A DNA stretch of 21,476 bases. It comes from Candidatus Sumerlaeia bacterium. Its GTDB lineage: Bacteria; Sumerlaeota; Sumerlaeia; SLMS01. Positions 9,037-18,177 of the stretch are shown here, piece by piece. The notes under the pieces were generated by a model that searched no databases, was not told the DNA's origin, and worked only from the letters and a program-made list of their open reading frames with translations. Location of the stretch: the NCBI GenBank assembly GCA_038208905.1, contig JBBQYG010000058.1, positions 1 through 21,476 of the forward strand. Reading direction: 5' to 3'. How positions within the stretch are numbered: the first letter of the stretch is position 1; each line of letters opens with the position of its first letter. The translations under genes and the position numbers were made by a program.

Positions 9037-10883
9037 GCGTCCTCGCCGTCGGGCTTACGCTTGGCGCCCTGTTTTCCGGAGAGGCGGTCCTGCAGCGCGA
9101 TGCGACGGTGAACATCTGGGGGAGCGCTCCAGCGGGCCAGCGAGTGGAGGTGATGCTGCACGACGCGCACTCCGAATCCATCGCCAGCGAATCGGGGCGA
9201 TGGGACGTGTCGATGGGGCCGTTCCCTGCCGGAGGGCCCTTCGACCTGGTGGTGCGCGCCGAATCGTCGGAGCCCGTGCTGAGCAGCGTGTGGTTCGGCG
9301 ATGTGTTTCTCTGCTCGGGGCAGTCCAACATGCAATGGACGCTGCGCGACACGCTCCCCGATCAGGGGACGGTGGATGCCATCGCCGCTCTGGAGGGCGT
9401 GTTCCTCCACATGGTTCCCAAGGAGGGCGCCAGCACGCCCAGGATGGACCTCCCTTCGCGTTGGCAACGCCTTGATCGCGGCAGTGCGCTGGGTTTCTCC
9501 GGCGTGGCGGTGCACTTCGCCGCGCACCTGAAACACTCCTCCGCGATCAGCGGCGTGCCCATCGGCCTGATCGATTCTTCCTTCGGAGGCACGCGCGCCG
9601 AGGCGTGGATATCGCGCGAGTCCTTGCGGCAGCACTTTGACGGCGAGTCGTTGCGCGATTCCTTCTTCGGATTGAAGCCCGCCTCGATGCATGGCGGCAT
9701 GATCGCGCCGTTGCAGCCGGGGGCGCTGCGCGGTGTGCTCTGGTACCAGGGGGAATCCAACAGCTCCGACCCGCGTCAATACGAGCGCCTGATGACCGGC
9801 CTGATTGCCGACTGGCGCCGTGGGTTTCGCAACGACGGGCTGCCCTTTCTGATCGTGGAGCTTCCGAATTTTGCGGAGTACTTCGATGGCGGCTACTTCA
9901 CCTGGATTCGCGAGGCTCAGGCCAACGTGGCGCGCCAGACGCCGGGCGTCTTCAGCATCACCACCATCGACACCGCCGATGGCGTCGATCTACACCCCAA
10001 GGAAAAGGAGGAGATTGGCCGCCGCCTGGCATTGGTGGCGCGCAGGGTGATCTATGGAGAGACCACCCTGGTGACGCAGGCTCCGGCGCCAGCGTCGATC
10101 GATGTGGAGGGAGGCAGCGTGGTGGTCGAGTTCCCGGCCGACGATCCCGTGGCCTACTCGGGCGGGCGGGAGAGCGGGTTCATGGTCTCCGGGGCGACGG
10201 AGGACTTCCGCCCGGCCCGCGTTGTCGTGGAGGGGAATCGCTTCCGCCTGCTCGCCTCCGGTGTCGAGAGACCCGTGTATATACGATACGCGTGGGAAGG
10301 GAATCCGCCGGTCACTTTGCGCAGTGCCTCGGGATTTCCCGTGGCCCCCTTTCGGACGGACGACTTTCCACCGGGCGCCATCGAGATTCAGCGAATGCCC
10401 GCCCCGTGGCGTGTCACCACCGCGGAGTACGATGTCGTCGTCTCCGGCTCCGGCCGCCTTGCCTCGTGGTCCGTCCAGGGGAGTGAAATGATCGATTCCG
10501 TTGGCGGTGTTTACTCTGGCGCGGGCTTTGATTCCGCGTGGGGCCCCGTGCGGCTTCTGATACACGAGCGCCTCTCCGCCACCGAACTCCGCTGCCACAT
10601 GGAGTCGGGCGCGGTGCGGTATTCCTTTGGTGCGGGACGGCTTGGGCTGCGCATCGCGAACCACGGGGGAGAGCCGGCCCCCTTCCGCATCCCGTTTGCC
10701 GATGGGGTGTCACTGGTGGCGGAGGAAGATGCCCGGCGGGTGCGGGGCACCCTTGGAAAACAGCGCTTCCTGCTGGAGTCCTCGCTTCCCGGCTCCGTGG
10801 AGGGGCAAAAGGTTGTCGTCACGCTGGCGGCGGGTGCTTCGGCGGAACTCGCGCTCACGGTGCTCCCGCCCGGCGAACCGTGA
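9033..10883 (+). CDS. Sialate O-acetylesterase (SASA/SGNH) family carbohydrate esterase with C-terminal extension
   Basis: 'LFSGEAVLQRD..IWG', 'GDVFLCSGQSNMQ', 'GGTRAEAW', 'GVLWYQGESN', 'DLHPKEK', 'IRYAW..N', 'PFRTD'; GTG start overlapping the upstream TGA, with GGAGGT RBS at 9021. Confidence 0.9.
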   Translation: MSVLAVGLTLGALFSGEAVLQRDATVNIWGSAPAGQRVEVMLHDAHSESIASESGRWDVSMGPFPAGGPFDLVVRAESSEPVLSSVWFGDVFLCSGQSNMQWTLRDTLPDQGTVDAIAALEGVFLHMVPKEGASTPRMDLPSRWQRLDRGSALGFSGVAVHFAAHLKHSSAISGVPIGLIDSSFGGTRAEAWISRESLRQHFDGESLRDSFFGLKPASMHGGMIAPLQPGALRGVLWYQGESNSSDPRQYERLMTGLIADWRRGFRNDGLPFLIVELPNFAEYFDGGYFTWIREAQANVARQTPGVFSITTIDTADGVDLHPKEKEEIGRRLALVARRVIYGETTLVTQAPAPASIDVEGGSVVVEFPADDPVAYSGGRESGFMVSGATEDFRPARVVVEGNRFRLLASGVERPVYIRYAWEGNPPVTLRSASGFPVAPFRTDDFPPGAIEIQRMPAPWRVTTAEYDVVVSGSGRLASWSVQGSEMIDSVGGVYSGAGFDSAWGPVRLLIHERLSATELRCHMESGAVRYSFGAGRLGLRIANHGGEPAPFRIPFADGVSLVAEEDARRVRGTLGKQRFLLESSLPGSVEGQKVVVTLAAGASAELALTVLPPGEP

Positions 10884-10894
10884 CCGGCGAAAGA

Positions 10895-10920
10895 GTCTCC
10901 TTGTTCCCCGCGAAGGAGAC
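10895..10920 (+). terminator. Hairpin GTCTCCTT-N10-AAGGAGAC after the operon's last gene; possible terminator or mRNA-stabilising stem
   Basis: Perfect 8-bp inverted repeat 11 nt after the stop at 10883; no clean poly-U tail. Confidence 0.35.
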
Positions 10921-10976
10921 GCGCTTGGTTTGGCTGGCCACACCAATTGCGACCCACGCAAGGACCGCGCGCCACC

Positions 10977-12131
10977 ATGCTGAAGCGCACACGCGACAAG
11001 GGACAGGACTACAAGTACGCCAGCATCAAGACGGATCTCTCGATCCAGATTCTGGAGGGTCGCCTGCGCCCGCACGACCGCATCCCGTCGCTGAACGAGA
11101 TCACCGCCAAATACAAGGTTAGCAAGATCACCGCGCGCCGGGTGTTGAACGATCTGGTGAACGAGGGCCTTGTCTATGCCAGCCGCGGGCGGGGCTCTTT
11201 TGTCGCGGAGCACTCCCCCCAGGGTGCGCGCCACACACAGAACGCCCACGTCAGCCAGATCGGAGTCGTCTTCGAGCATGGCGGCGGATCCTTCATGGGC
11301 GACATCATCATGGGGATCGACCAGGAGGCCTTTGAGCACGGAACCAGCATCAACCTGTGCCTCTCCAACAATTCCTACGAGCGCGAGGCAGAGAACCTGC
11401 AGCGCCTGGTGGACATGGGGATCGACCGCATCCTGTTGTTCATGGTGCTGGCGCTGGACGATCGCACGATCAACCCCAACATTCCCCTGTATCTGGCGCT
11501 GCGGTCGCGCGGTGTGCGCCTGCTGCTGATCGCATGCGAGATTCCGAGCTTTCCCATCCCGTCAATCGTCTACGACGACATGGACGCCTTCCGCCGCCTG
11601 GTGCATCACTTCAAGGGAGAGGGATACCGACGGCTTGCCTATGTGACGCGCGGCGACAACGCCTCCACCACCGCGGAGCGCCTGCGCGGTTTCAAGGAGG
11701 GGCTGCTGGAGTCCGGCCTCTCCTATAACGCCGACCGCCTGATCCGCGTGCGTGCGGCCTCGGTGGACCAGATGGCGTCGGCCTCGGCACAGGCGTTTGG
11801 TCAATACTTGACGGCAAAGGGCGACGCCGACGCGGTCATCTGCTCGGACGAGATCGTGGCGGCGGGCGTCTTTGATGCGCTGGAGAAGGCCGGCCGGCAG
11901 CCCCGCGACTTTCCCATCGTGGGGGGCATGGGGAGCAGCCGGAACCTGCACGTGCTGCGCGGTCACCCCTACGTCCTGCTGGAGGACGACACGCGGCGCC
12001 TGGGTCGAGAGGCCGCCGCCCAGGTGCTCGCGGAGTCCGACGCCTCCTGGCAGTCGGGCTCCTTCCGCCGGATCATTCCCGTGCCGCTCAAGTCGCCGCG
12101 GGGCGTGCCACGGCGCTCGCGCAAGGCATAG
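10977..12131 (+). CDS. AraR-type transcriptional regulator (GntR winged HTH plus LacI-type sugar-binding domain)
   Basis: 'YASIKTDL..ILEGRLRPHDRIPSLNEITAKYKVSKITARRVLNDLVNEGLVYASRGRGSFV' is a GntR HTH; followed by LacI-type effector segments 'IGVVF', 'TAERLRGFKEGL', 'DAVICSDEIVAAGV'. Confidence 0.92.
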   Translation: MLKRTRDKGQDYKYASIKTDLSIQILEGRLRPHDRIPSLNEITAKYKVSKITARRVLNDLVNEGLVYASRGRGSFVAEHSPQGARHTQNAHVSQIGVVFEHGGGSFMGDIIMGIDQEAFEHGTSINLCLSNNSYEREAENLQRLVDMGIDRILLFMVLALDDRTINPNIPLYLALRSRGVRLLLIACEIPSFPIPSIVYDDMDAFRRLVHHFKGEGYRRLAYVTRGDNASTTAERLRGFKEGLLESGLSYNADRLIRVRAASVDQMASASAQAFGQYLTAKGDADAVICSDEIVAAGVFDALEKAGRQPRDFPIVGGMGSSRNLHVLRGHPYVLLEDDTRRLGREAAAQVLAESDASWQSGSFRRIIPVPLKSPRGVPRRSRKA

Positions 12132-12171
12132 GCCGACGCACCCACGCTACAACGCCACTTTTTGTCCGCTT

Positions 12172-12215
12172 AATGTGCATGCACATTGACAACAGCCAGG
12201 TCGCACCCCCATGCT
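12172..12215 (+). promoter_or_regulatory. Perfect 16-bp palindrome AATGTGCATGCACATT (putative operator) overlapping a sigma70-like promoter TTGACA-N18-CATGCT
   Basis: Palindrome 12172-12187; consensus -35 TTGACA at 12186-12191; -10-like CATGCT at 12210-12215; intergenic, directly after the regulator gene. Confidence 0.7.
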
Positions 12216-12282
12216 CCAGCCGACCTTTTCAGGCCCGGCGCCGCGCCGGGCCATGGCTAATCGCGCAGCGAGGTATGCTCTT

Positions 12283-14382
12283 ATGGCGGCAGGTATCGAT
12301 GAAGTGGGCGAGGCCTTGAGACTGGATTGCGATGCGCTTGGCGCGGGAGAGATGCGCGCCCACTGGCGGGACCACTTCAGCCACCCGCCGCTCTTCAATC
12401 GCCTTGGCTGCTTTCGAGTGGCCGCCGACCCCATGGCTGTCGCCAATTTCATGTTCCCCCCGTTCTCCGGCAAGGGAGAGGGAACCGCATTCCTCCACCT
12501 GAACGGCAAGCACCCCGCATCGGAGGATGTGGCGGTGGCCTATCAATGGTTTCCCGATCGCGCCGTGCGCCGCTGCGAGATGGAGGGCTTTCAGATCGAA
12601 ACGGTGACGCGCGCCCTCCCCGATGCGCCGGGGGCGATGATCCACCTGCGCATCACCAACCCGGACGAGACGCCCCGCGCAATGGAGTTGGGCGTGAAGC
12701 TGGCCGGCCGGCTGAAACACACCGTGGAGGGCTGGGCCTCGATCGGCCCAGCAATCGGCGTGCTGGACGAGCATGCGGAGAACTGGCGGTGGCATGGGGG
12801 GTCGGGCCTGATGCTGTTCACCTCCGGTGGAAAGGCGCACCAGGCCCAGGGTGTTCGCCCGCTCCCCGATTCGCTGAGCGAGAAGATGCTGCTGTGGAAC
12901 CGCACACTGGCGGGCGGAGAGTCCTTCGAGGTGATCTTCGTCGCCGCGCTGGCCGAGGGCGAAACCGCCGCCGCCGACTTCGCCGCGCGCGTCCTGGCGG
13001 ACTTCGATGGCTTTGGCAACCGCCAGCGCGCCAACTGGGACACCATGATCCAGTCGGCGTTCCAGCCGGGAAACTCGGTCTTCTCGGGCCACTTGCCCAC
13101 GCTGGATACCAACAACCGCGACTTGCTGCGCCTCTATCACCAGGCCACGCTCGGCTGCCTGGTGCTGCGGCGCGACAACCCGCTCAGCAGCTATGGGCCC
13201 GCCTATGTCACGCTCTCGCCCAACTATTGGACGACTGCATCCTTCCTGTGGGACATGATGATCGCGGCGCCGTTCTATGCGCTGCTGGATCCCGCGCTGC
13301 TGCGCAATCACATCGAGTCCTGGCTGCGCGCCGGCATCCTGGGGTGCCACGCGACCGACTATGTAACGGGGCGCCCCATCGGCAACTGGTACGCCGTGAA
13401 CAGCACCGCAATCGTGCGCCTGGCCCACGACTATCTGCGCTATACCGGCAACTTGGAGTGGCTGGACACCACCATCAACGGCAAGGCGATCATCGACCAT
13501 CTGGAGGAGCACGCCCGCATGTGGCACAGCTATGACCACCATGGACATGGCCTGGCCGACTGCGGCGGCGTGATCAACCTGCTGGAGTGCGTGACCACCT
13601 ATACCCACGGCGTGGCGGCCTTCAACGCGATGTGGGTCGCCGCCCAGCGCCAAGTGGCCGCGATTCGCCGACTGCGCGGCGAAGTATCCCTGGCGGAACC
13701 CCTCGAGCGCGACGCCACCGCCATGCTCAGCCGCGTGATGCAGCTCTATGCCGACGGCAAGGGATACTGGCGATGCCGCCAGCCCAACGGCTCGCTCCAG
13801 GACGTGCATCACATCTACGACTTCGTGGCGGTGCTGGAGAGCATCTCCGACGACCTGACCGAGAAGGTGCGCCACGAGATGGTGGCAAACTTCCGCGCCC
13901 ATCACCAGACCTACAACTGGGTGCGCAGCCTGACGAACTGGGACGGCGACTCCCACCGCGACCTGCGCGTCGATCACCAGTGGACTGGCTCCTATACGTC
14001 GATTCCCGCTCAGGCGATCAACGGCCTCTACCGCGTGGGCATGGGCGATGCCGCCTTTGACTGGCTCAAGCGCCTCTCGCTCGTCGCGCATCAGGGCCCC
14101 GTGGGCCAGGCACACTGGACGTCGCCGCTTTTCCCAGCCTATCGCGGCGGCGCGTGGAAGTGCACCTACACCGAGCCCTTCATCACCGACTGGACGGCAT
14201 CCTCCAACGGCGCCTATCCCGCCATGATTATCGAGTCGGTCTTTGGCGTCGACGCCACACTCTCCCGCGGCATCCGCAGCAAGGGATGGACGGCGGGCCT
14301 GGACGATGGCGCGCGCCTTACGAACCTGACCTACCAAGGTGCCCAATACACCGTGGACAAGTCGGGCATTCGCGAGATGTGA
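12283..14382 (+). CDS. Six-hairpin (alpha/alpha)6 glycosidase superfamily protein (GH63/GH116/GH15-like fold), family unassigned
   Basis: About 700 aa: N-terminal beta-rich region, then 'YWTTASFLWDM', 'DPALLRNHIESW', 'HDYLRYTGNLEWL', 'GLADCGG..NLLEC', 'AFNAMWVAA'. Start chosen from GAGGT RBS at 12270; 12253 or 12211 also possible. Confidence 0.65.
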   Translation: MAAGIDEVGEALRLDCDALGAGEMRAHWRDHFSHPPLFNRLGCFRVAADPMAVANFMFPPFSGKGEGTAFLHLNGKHPASEDVAVAYQWFPDRAVRRCEMEGFQIETVTRALPDAPGAMIHLRITNPDETPRAMELGVKLAGRLKHTVEGWASIGPAIGVLDEHAENWRWHGGSGLMLFTSGGKAHQAQGVRPLPDSLSEKMLLWNRTLAGGESFEVIFVAALAEGETAAADFAARVLADFDGFGNRQRANWDTMIQSAFQPGNSVFSGHLPTLDTNNRDLLRLYHQATLGCLVLRRDNPLSSYGPAYVTLSPNYWTTASFLWDMMIAAPFYALLDPALLRNHIESWLRAGILGCHATDYVTGRPIGNWYAVNSTAIVRLAHDYLRYTGNLEWLDTTINGKAIIDHLEEHARMWHSYDHHGHGLADCGGVINLLECVTTYTHGVAAFNAMWVAAQRQVAAIRRLRGEVSLAEPLERDATAMLSRVMQLYADGKGYWRCRQPNGSLQDVHHIYDFVAVLESISDDLTEKVRHEMVANFRAHHQTYNWVRSLTNWDGDSHRDLRVDHQWTGSYTSIPAQAINGLYRVGMGDAAFDWLKRLSLVAHQGPVGQAHWTSPLFPAYRGGAWKCTYTEPFITDWTASSNGAYPAMIIESVFGVDATLSRGIRSKGWTAGLDDGARLTNLTYQGAQYTVDKSGIREM

Positions 14383-15434
14383 GGACAAACGCGCCGGTGG
14401 ACCTGCAAGAGATCAAGCGCCGCGCCGGACGACTCTCCCAGGTGGGTGGGACGCGGCATTACGAGCTCTCCGATGGTCGCAGCCGCGGGGTGCGCGCCAT
14501 CGATGTGGATACCGGCGCGGGGCTCCAGTTCACGGTGCTCCCCGACCGTGGACTCGACATCTCGCGATGCAGCTTTCGTGGCAACAACCTGGTGTTCCAC
14601 GGCCCCGCCGGTGAAGTGCACCCCGCCTACTATGATCCCGCCGGATATGAATGGCTGCGGGTCTTCTTCGCGGGCCTCCTAACTACTTGCGGCCTGACGC
14701 ACTTCGGGCATCCCGTCCGCGATGGCGCGGAGGATCTCGGTCTCCACGGCCGCTACTCCGGAACGCCGGCAACCCAGGTGGCCGATCTCTCCGGCGAGGA
14801 CGGCGAAGGGAACTATCCCATCATCATCCGCGGCGTGGTGGAGGAGGCCTCGCTCTTCGGCGACAAGCTCCGCCTCGTGCGCACGATCCGCACGCGGCTT
14901 GGCGCGCGGAGCTTCACCATCAGCGACGAGATACACAACTTCGGCCAGCGCCCCGCGCCGATCACCCTGGCGTATCACTTCAACATCGGACACCCGCTCC
15001 TGCACGAGGACGCCGAGCTGCGACTTCCCGAGGCCCCGGTGCGATGCTATGACGAGGCCTCGGAGCGCGACGCCGCCGATCGCCTGCGCATCGCGCCCCC
15101 CTCCGCCGATGCCGCTCACAATGTGTATCACCACATGCTTCAGGGCGATGGGCCCGCCGCCGCCGCGGTGGTGAATCCCTCGCTGGGCGTGGGGGGGATC
15201 GGATTGTATATACGATTCGATCGCCGCCAGCTCCCGGTGCTGAACACTTGGAAGCACATGGGGGTGGGCGACTATGTGCTGGGGATCGAGCCCGGCACGG
15301 CGCGCATCGTGGACCGCCCGCAATTGCGCGCGGCGGGGGAACTCCCCGAAATCGCCCCCGGCGAGACGCGTCGCTTCGATCTGGAGGTCGGCGTGCTGGA
15401 GGGCCGCGCGGAGTGCGACGCCTTTCGCGCCTGA
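14379..15434 (+). CDS. DUF4432 / aldose 1-epimerase (galactose mutarotase-like) family protein
   Basis: 'GLQFTVLPDRGLDI', 'FFAGLLTTCGL', 'LGLHGR', 'YHFNIGHP', 'YVLGIEPG'; GTGA overlap with the upstream stop. Confidence 0.85.
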   Translation: MRTNAPVDLQEIKRRAGRLSQVGGTRHYELSDGRSRGVRAIDVDTGAGLQFTVLPDRGLDISRCSFRGNNLVFHGPAGEVHPAYYDPAGYEWLRVFFAGLLTTCGLTHFGHPVRDGAEDLGLHGRYSGTPATQVADLSGEDGEGNYPIIIRGVVEEASLFGDKLRLVRTIRTRLGARSFTISDEIHNFGQRPAPITLAYHFNIGHPLLHEDAELRLPEAPVRCYDEASERDAADRLRIAPPSADAAHNVYHHMLQGDGPAAAAVVNPSLGVGGIGLYIRFDRRQLPVLNTWKHMGVGDYVLGIEPGTARIVDRPQLRAAGELPEIAPGETRRFDLEVGVLEGRAECDAFRA

Positions 15435-15435
15435 G

Positions 15436-16212
15436 CTACAACCCCATCGTCATGCCGCCATCGATGGGAAACGCGCTCCCGGTCACGAACGCCGATTCAT
15501 CGGCCGCCAGGTAGAGCGCCAGCGCGGCGATCTCCTCCGGGCGCGCCATGCGGCCCACCGGCTGCGATTCACTCATCTGGCGATAGGCCGCCGCGGGGTC
15601 GGGATACTCCGCGATGCGCTGGCGAATCCACGGCGTCTCCACGCGCGCCGGGCAGATGCAGTTCACCCGCACGCCTGTCTTCACGTGATCCAGCGCCAGG
15701 CACTTCGTCATCCCCACCACGGCGAACTTGGTGGTGCAGTAGGCAAACCGCTCGCGCAGGGCAATCACCCCGCCGATCGATGCGATGTTGACGATGGAGC
15801 CGCTGCCGCGCGCGATCATGTGCGGCAGCATCGCGCGACACAGGTTGAACACCCCGTGCACGTTCACGCGCATCAGGCGGTCGATGTCGGCGACCTCGGT
15901 GGTCAGGATCGTGCCCACGTGGCCGATGCCAGCGTTGTTGACGAGCACGTGGCAGCCATCGGGCCGCGCGGACAGAACCGCGCGCACGGCCTGCGCGCAC
16001 GCGGGACCGTCGGAGACGTCCAGCTCCAGCGACTCCGCACGGCCACCGTCCGCGCGGATCGCATCGCGGACGCGCTCCGCCTCGCCGCCGCGCACATCGC
16101 CGATGACGACCTCGGCGCCCGAGCGCGCCAGGCAGGTGGCGATGGCTTCCCCGATTCCCGATCCCGCCCCCGTCACCACGGCGGTCTTTCCATCCAGTCG
16201 AAACATGGTCAT
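15436..16212 (-). CDS. SDR oxidoreductase, 2-keto-3-deoxy-L-fuconate 4-dehydrogenase-like
   Basis: 'TGAGSGIG', 'NNAGIG', YxxxK in 'RFAYCTTK', 'NCICPARVETP', 'QPVGRMARPEEIAALALYLA.DES.FVTG..PIDGG'; ATGA overlap with the dehydratase stop. SDR call is secure, subfamily is inferred. Confidence 0.85.
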   Translation of the reverse strand: MTMFRLDGKTAVVTGAGSGIGEAIATCLARSGAEVVIGDVRGGEAERVRDAIRADGGRAESLELDVSDGPACAQAVRAVLSARPDGCHVLVNNAGIGHVGTILTTEVADIDRLMRVNVHGVFNLCRAMLPHMIARGSGSIVNIASIGGVIALRERFAYCTTKFAVVGMTKCLALDHVKTGVRVNCICPARVETPWIRQRIAEYPDPAAAYRQMSESQPVGRMARPEEIAALALYLAADESAFVTGSAFPIDGGMTMGL

Positions 16213-17300
16213 GATGTCGCCGTTCCGCGCCGGGCCAGCGCCATCATCCCCGCCCTGATATAGCCCATCGCCCACGCCATTCCGGCGTGCCACGGCGCGT
16301 CGCATTGCAGCAATGGCGCATGGTCGGGTATCACCACGCCCTGATAGTTCGTCCGGTGGAGGATCTCCATCAGGCGCATCATGTCGATGTCGCCGTCGTC
16401 CAGAAACGACTCCTTGTATTCCGGCGCCTTCCCGCGCACATTGCGAAAGTGAACATATCCCAGGTTGCCGGCCGCGCTGTGCTTCTCCAGCATTGCATAG
16501 ACGTCGCACCCCGGCATCTCGGCAAGGGTGCCACAGCAGAACTCCAGCTTGTTGGCGGGGCTTACCGGTTCGCGCGCGAAGCGGTCATAGTTCGCCTCCC
16601 GGTGCACCAGGCGCGGCGTCTCGCGGATGCGGGGTAGGGGCGGATCGTCGGGATGCGCGGCCAGAATCACCCCGCACTCCTCGGCCACGGGAAGGACTTC
16701 CTCCAGAAAGCGTCGCCGCCGCGCCCATAGCTCATCCTCCGTGGGCGCCATCAGCGTTCCCGCCGGGGCCGCCGTGTCGTACACCATGTTCCACACCATG
16801 CCATGCGGGAGCGGGCGCTGATCCACGGCGCCCTCCATGCCGACGGCTTCGGCGTTGCCGCGCGCATAGCGACCACGCGTGCGCCCCGCAACTCCCGCCA
16901 GGCTGAAGTAGTACCCCAGCACGGGAATCCCCACGGCCCCCATGTTGCGGATGATCGTCTGAACGTGGCCGATCTGCTCCGCGCGTCGCGGACCATCCAG
17001 CAGGATGTCGTGCCAGACTCCGGGGTCCAGGTTCTCGATCGCATGCAGCTCCAGCCCCGCGTCGTTCACATCGCGGCGAAGGGCGGCAAGCTGCTCGCGC
17101 GTCCACACGCCCTCCCCCGGCGCGCCCGCGTGGCCCCAGCCGTTGTTTCCGCCGGTGGGCTGATCGGCGCGGGCGCCCTCTGGTGCGCTGCGGAAGTAGT
17201 CCACCAGGTGAACCACCAGGTGTGTGGCGCCAGCCTGTCGCGCGAACTGATAGTTGGACGGCGTGAGGTGATGTCTATACAATCCAAAGCCGAGCTTCAT
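16209..17300 (-). CDS. uxuA: Mannonate dehydratase (UxuA) family sugar-acid dehydratase
   Basis: 'GLELHAIEN', 'IIRNMGAVGIPVLGYYF', 'FLEEVLPVAEECGVILAAHPDDPP', 'FCCGTLAE', 'YVHFRNVRG', 'FLDDGDIDM', 'IPDHAP'. Confidence 0.88.
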   Translation of the reverse strand: MKLGFGLYRHHLTPSNYQFARQAGATHLVVHLVDYFRSAPEGARADQPTGGNNGWGHAGAPGEGVWTREQLAALRRDVNDAGLELHAIENLDPGVWHDILLDGPRRAEQIGHVQTIIRNMGAVGIPVLGYYFSLAGVAGRTRGRYARGNAEAVGMEGAVDQRPLPHGMVWNMVYDTAAPAGTLMAPTEDELWARRRRFLEEVLPVAEECGVILAAHPDDPPLPRIRETPRLVHREANYDRFAREPVSPANKLEFCCGTLAEMPGCDVYAMLEKHSAAGNLGYVHFRNVRGKAPEYKESFLDDGDIDMMRLMEILHRTNYQGVVIPDHAPLLQCDAPWHAGMAWAMGYIRAGMMALARRGTATS

Positions 17301-18163
17301 TTGGTGGCTCCCCGTCGATGACAGGCCAGGGGGAGGCCCTTCACGCGCAGGTCCACCCGGGTGATATGCCAGCGCGCCAGGTTGGCGGCAAAGAGCTGAT
17401 CGAACTTCTCACCCCCAAAGGCGATGTTCGTCGCACTCGCCAGCGCGTGCGCCGTCCAGTCCTCCACCAGAATGTCGAGCTTCCCCTCCGGTGAGAGGCG
17501 ATAGATCCGCGACGGTGCATAGCAGGTGATGTAGAGGTTACCCTTTGCATCAAAGGCCAGCCCATCGGGCACGGTCCCGGGGAGGCGCACCGCCACGCTC
17601 CGCTTTCCCGCGGTGCCGTCCGGCTTGATGGCGATCTTCTCCACGCCGGGCAGGAACGACGCCGTCACATACAGGTGTTTCTCGCCTTCGTCCAGCGCGA
17701 GGCCGTTGGCAAACTTGATCGGCCCCGCGTGCCACACGATACCGCGGCCACCGGGATCAAAGCGCAGCACCTTTCCCGTGTGGGGCTTCACGCCACTGTC
17801 GCTGACATAGAGATCGCCGTTGGCGGCAAAGGCCAGATGGTTGGGGATCTCGAACGGATGCGCTCGACCGGCGCCGCGGGCGAACTTCTCCATGCGGCCG
17901 CTCTTCAGCTCCAGACGCCACAGGCAATGCTGCTTCAGGTCGCACGCCACCAGGTACTCCCCGGTGGGGTCGATCGCGACGCCCAGCATGAATCCGCCCT
18001 TGGCGCGCGCCACCTCATCCACGCGCTTGCCATCGCGGGTGATGCGATAGATCTGCCCAGCTTCTCCGCCGGCATAGATGCTGCCGTCGGGATGGACACA
18101 GAGACCCTCGGGATGATCCAGCCCATCGACATGGGTGTGGAGCCTGCTGACTGCCAGTGGCAT
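17297..18163 (-). CDS. SMP-30/gluconolactonase/LRE family sugar lactonase
   Basis: 'LDHPEG', 'PNHLAF..NGDLYVSDSG', 'FANGLAL', 'VPDGLAFDAKGNLYI', 'TNIAFGG'; GGAG RBS 8 nt upstream. Confidence 0.9.
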   Translation of the reverse strand: MPLAVSRLHTHVDGLDHPEGLCVHPDGSIYAGGEAGQIYRITRDGKRVDEVARAKGGFMLGVAIDPTGEYLVACDLKQHCLWRLELKSGRMEKFARGAGRAHPFEIPNHLAFAANGDLYVSDSGVKPHTGKVLRFDPGGRGIVWHAGPIKFANGLALDEGEKHLYVTASFLPGVEKIAIKPDGTAGKRSVAVRLPGTVPDGLAFDAKGNLYITCYAPSRIYRLSPEGKLDILVEDWTAHALASATNIAFGGEKFDQLFAANLARWHITRVDLRVKGLPLACHRRGATK

Positions 18164-18177
18164 CGTCGTCACTCCGG

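Noticed and set aside
12229-14388. 719-aa antisense ORF mirroring the glycosidase
   Set aside because: Codon-aligned shadow ORF typical of high-GC genes; no recognisable motifs
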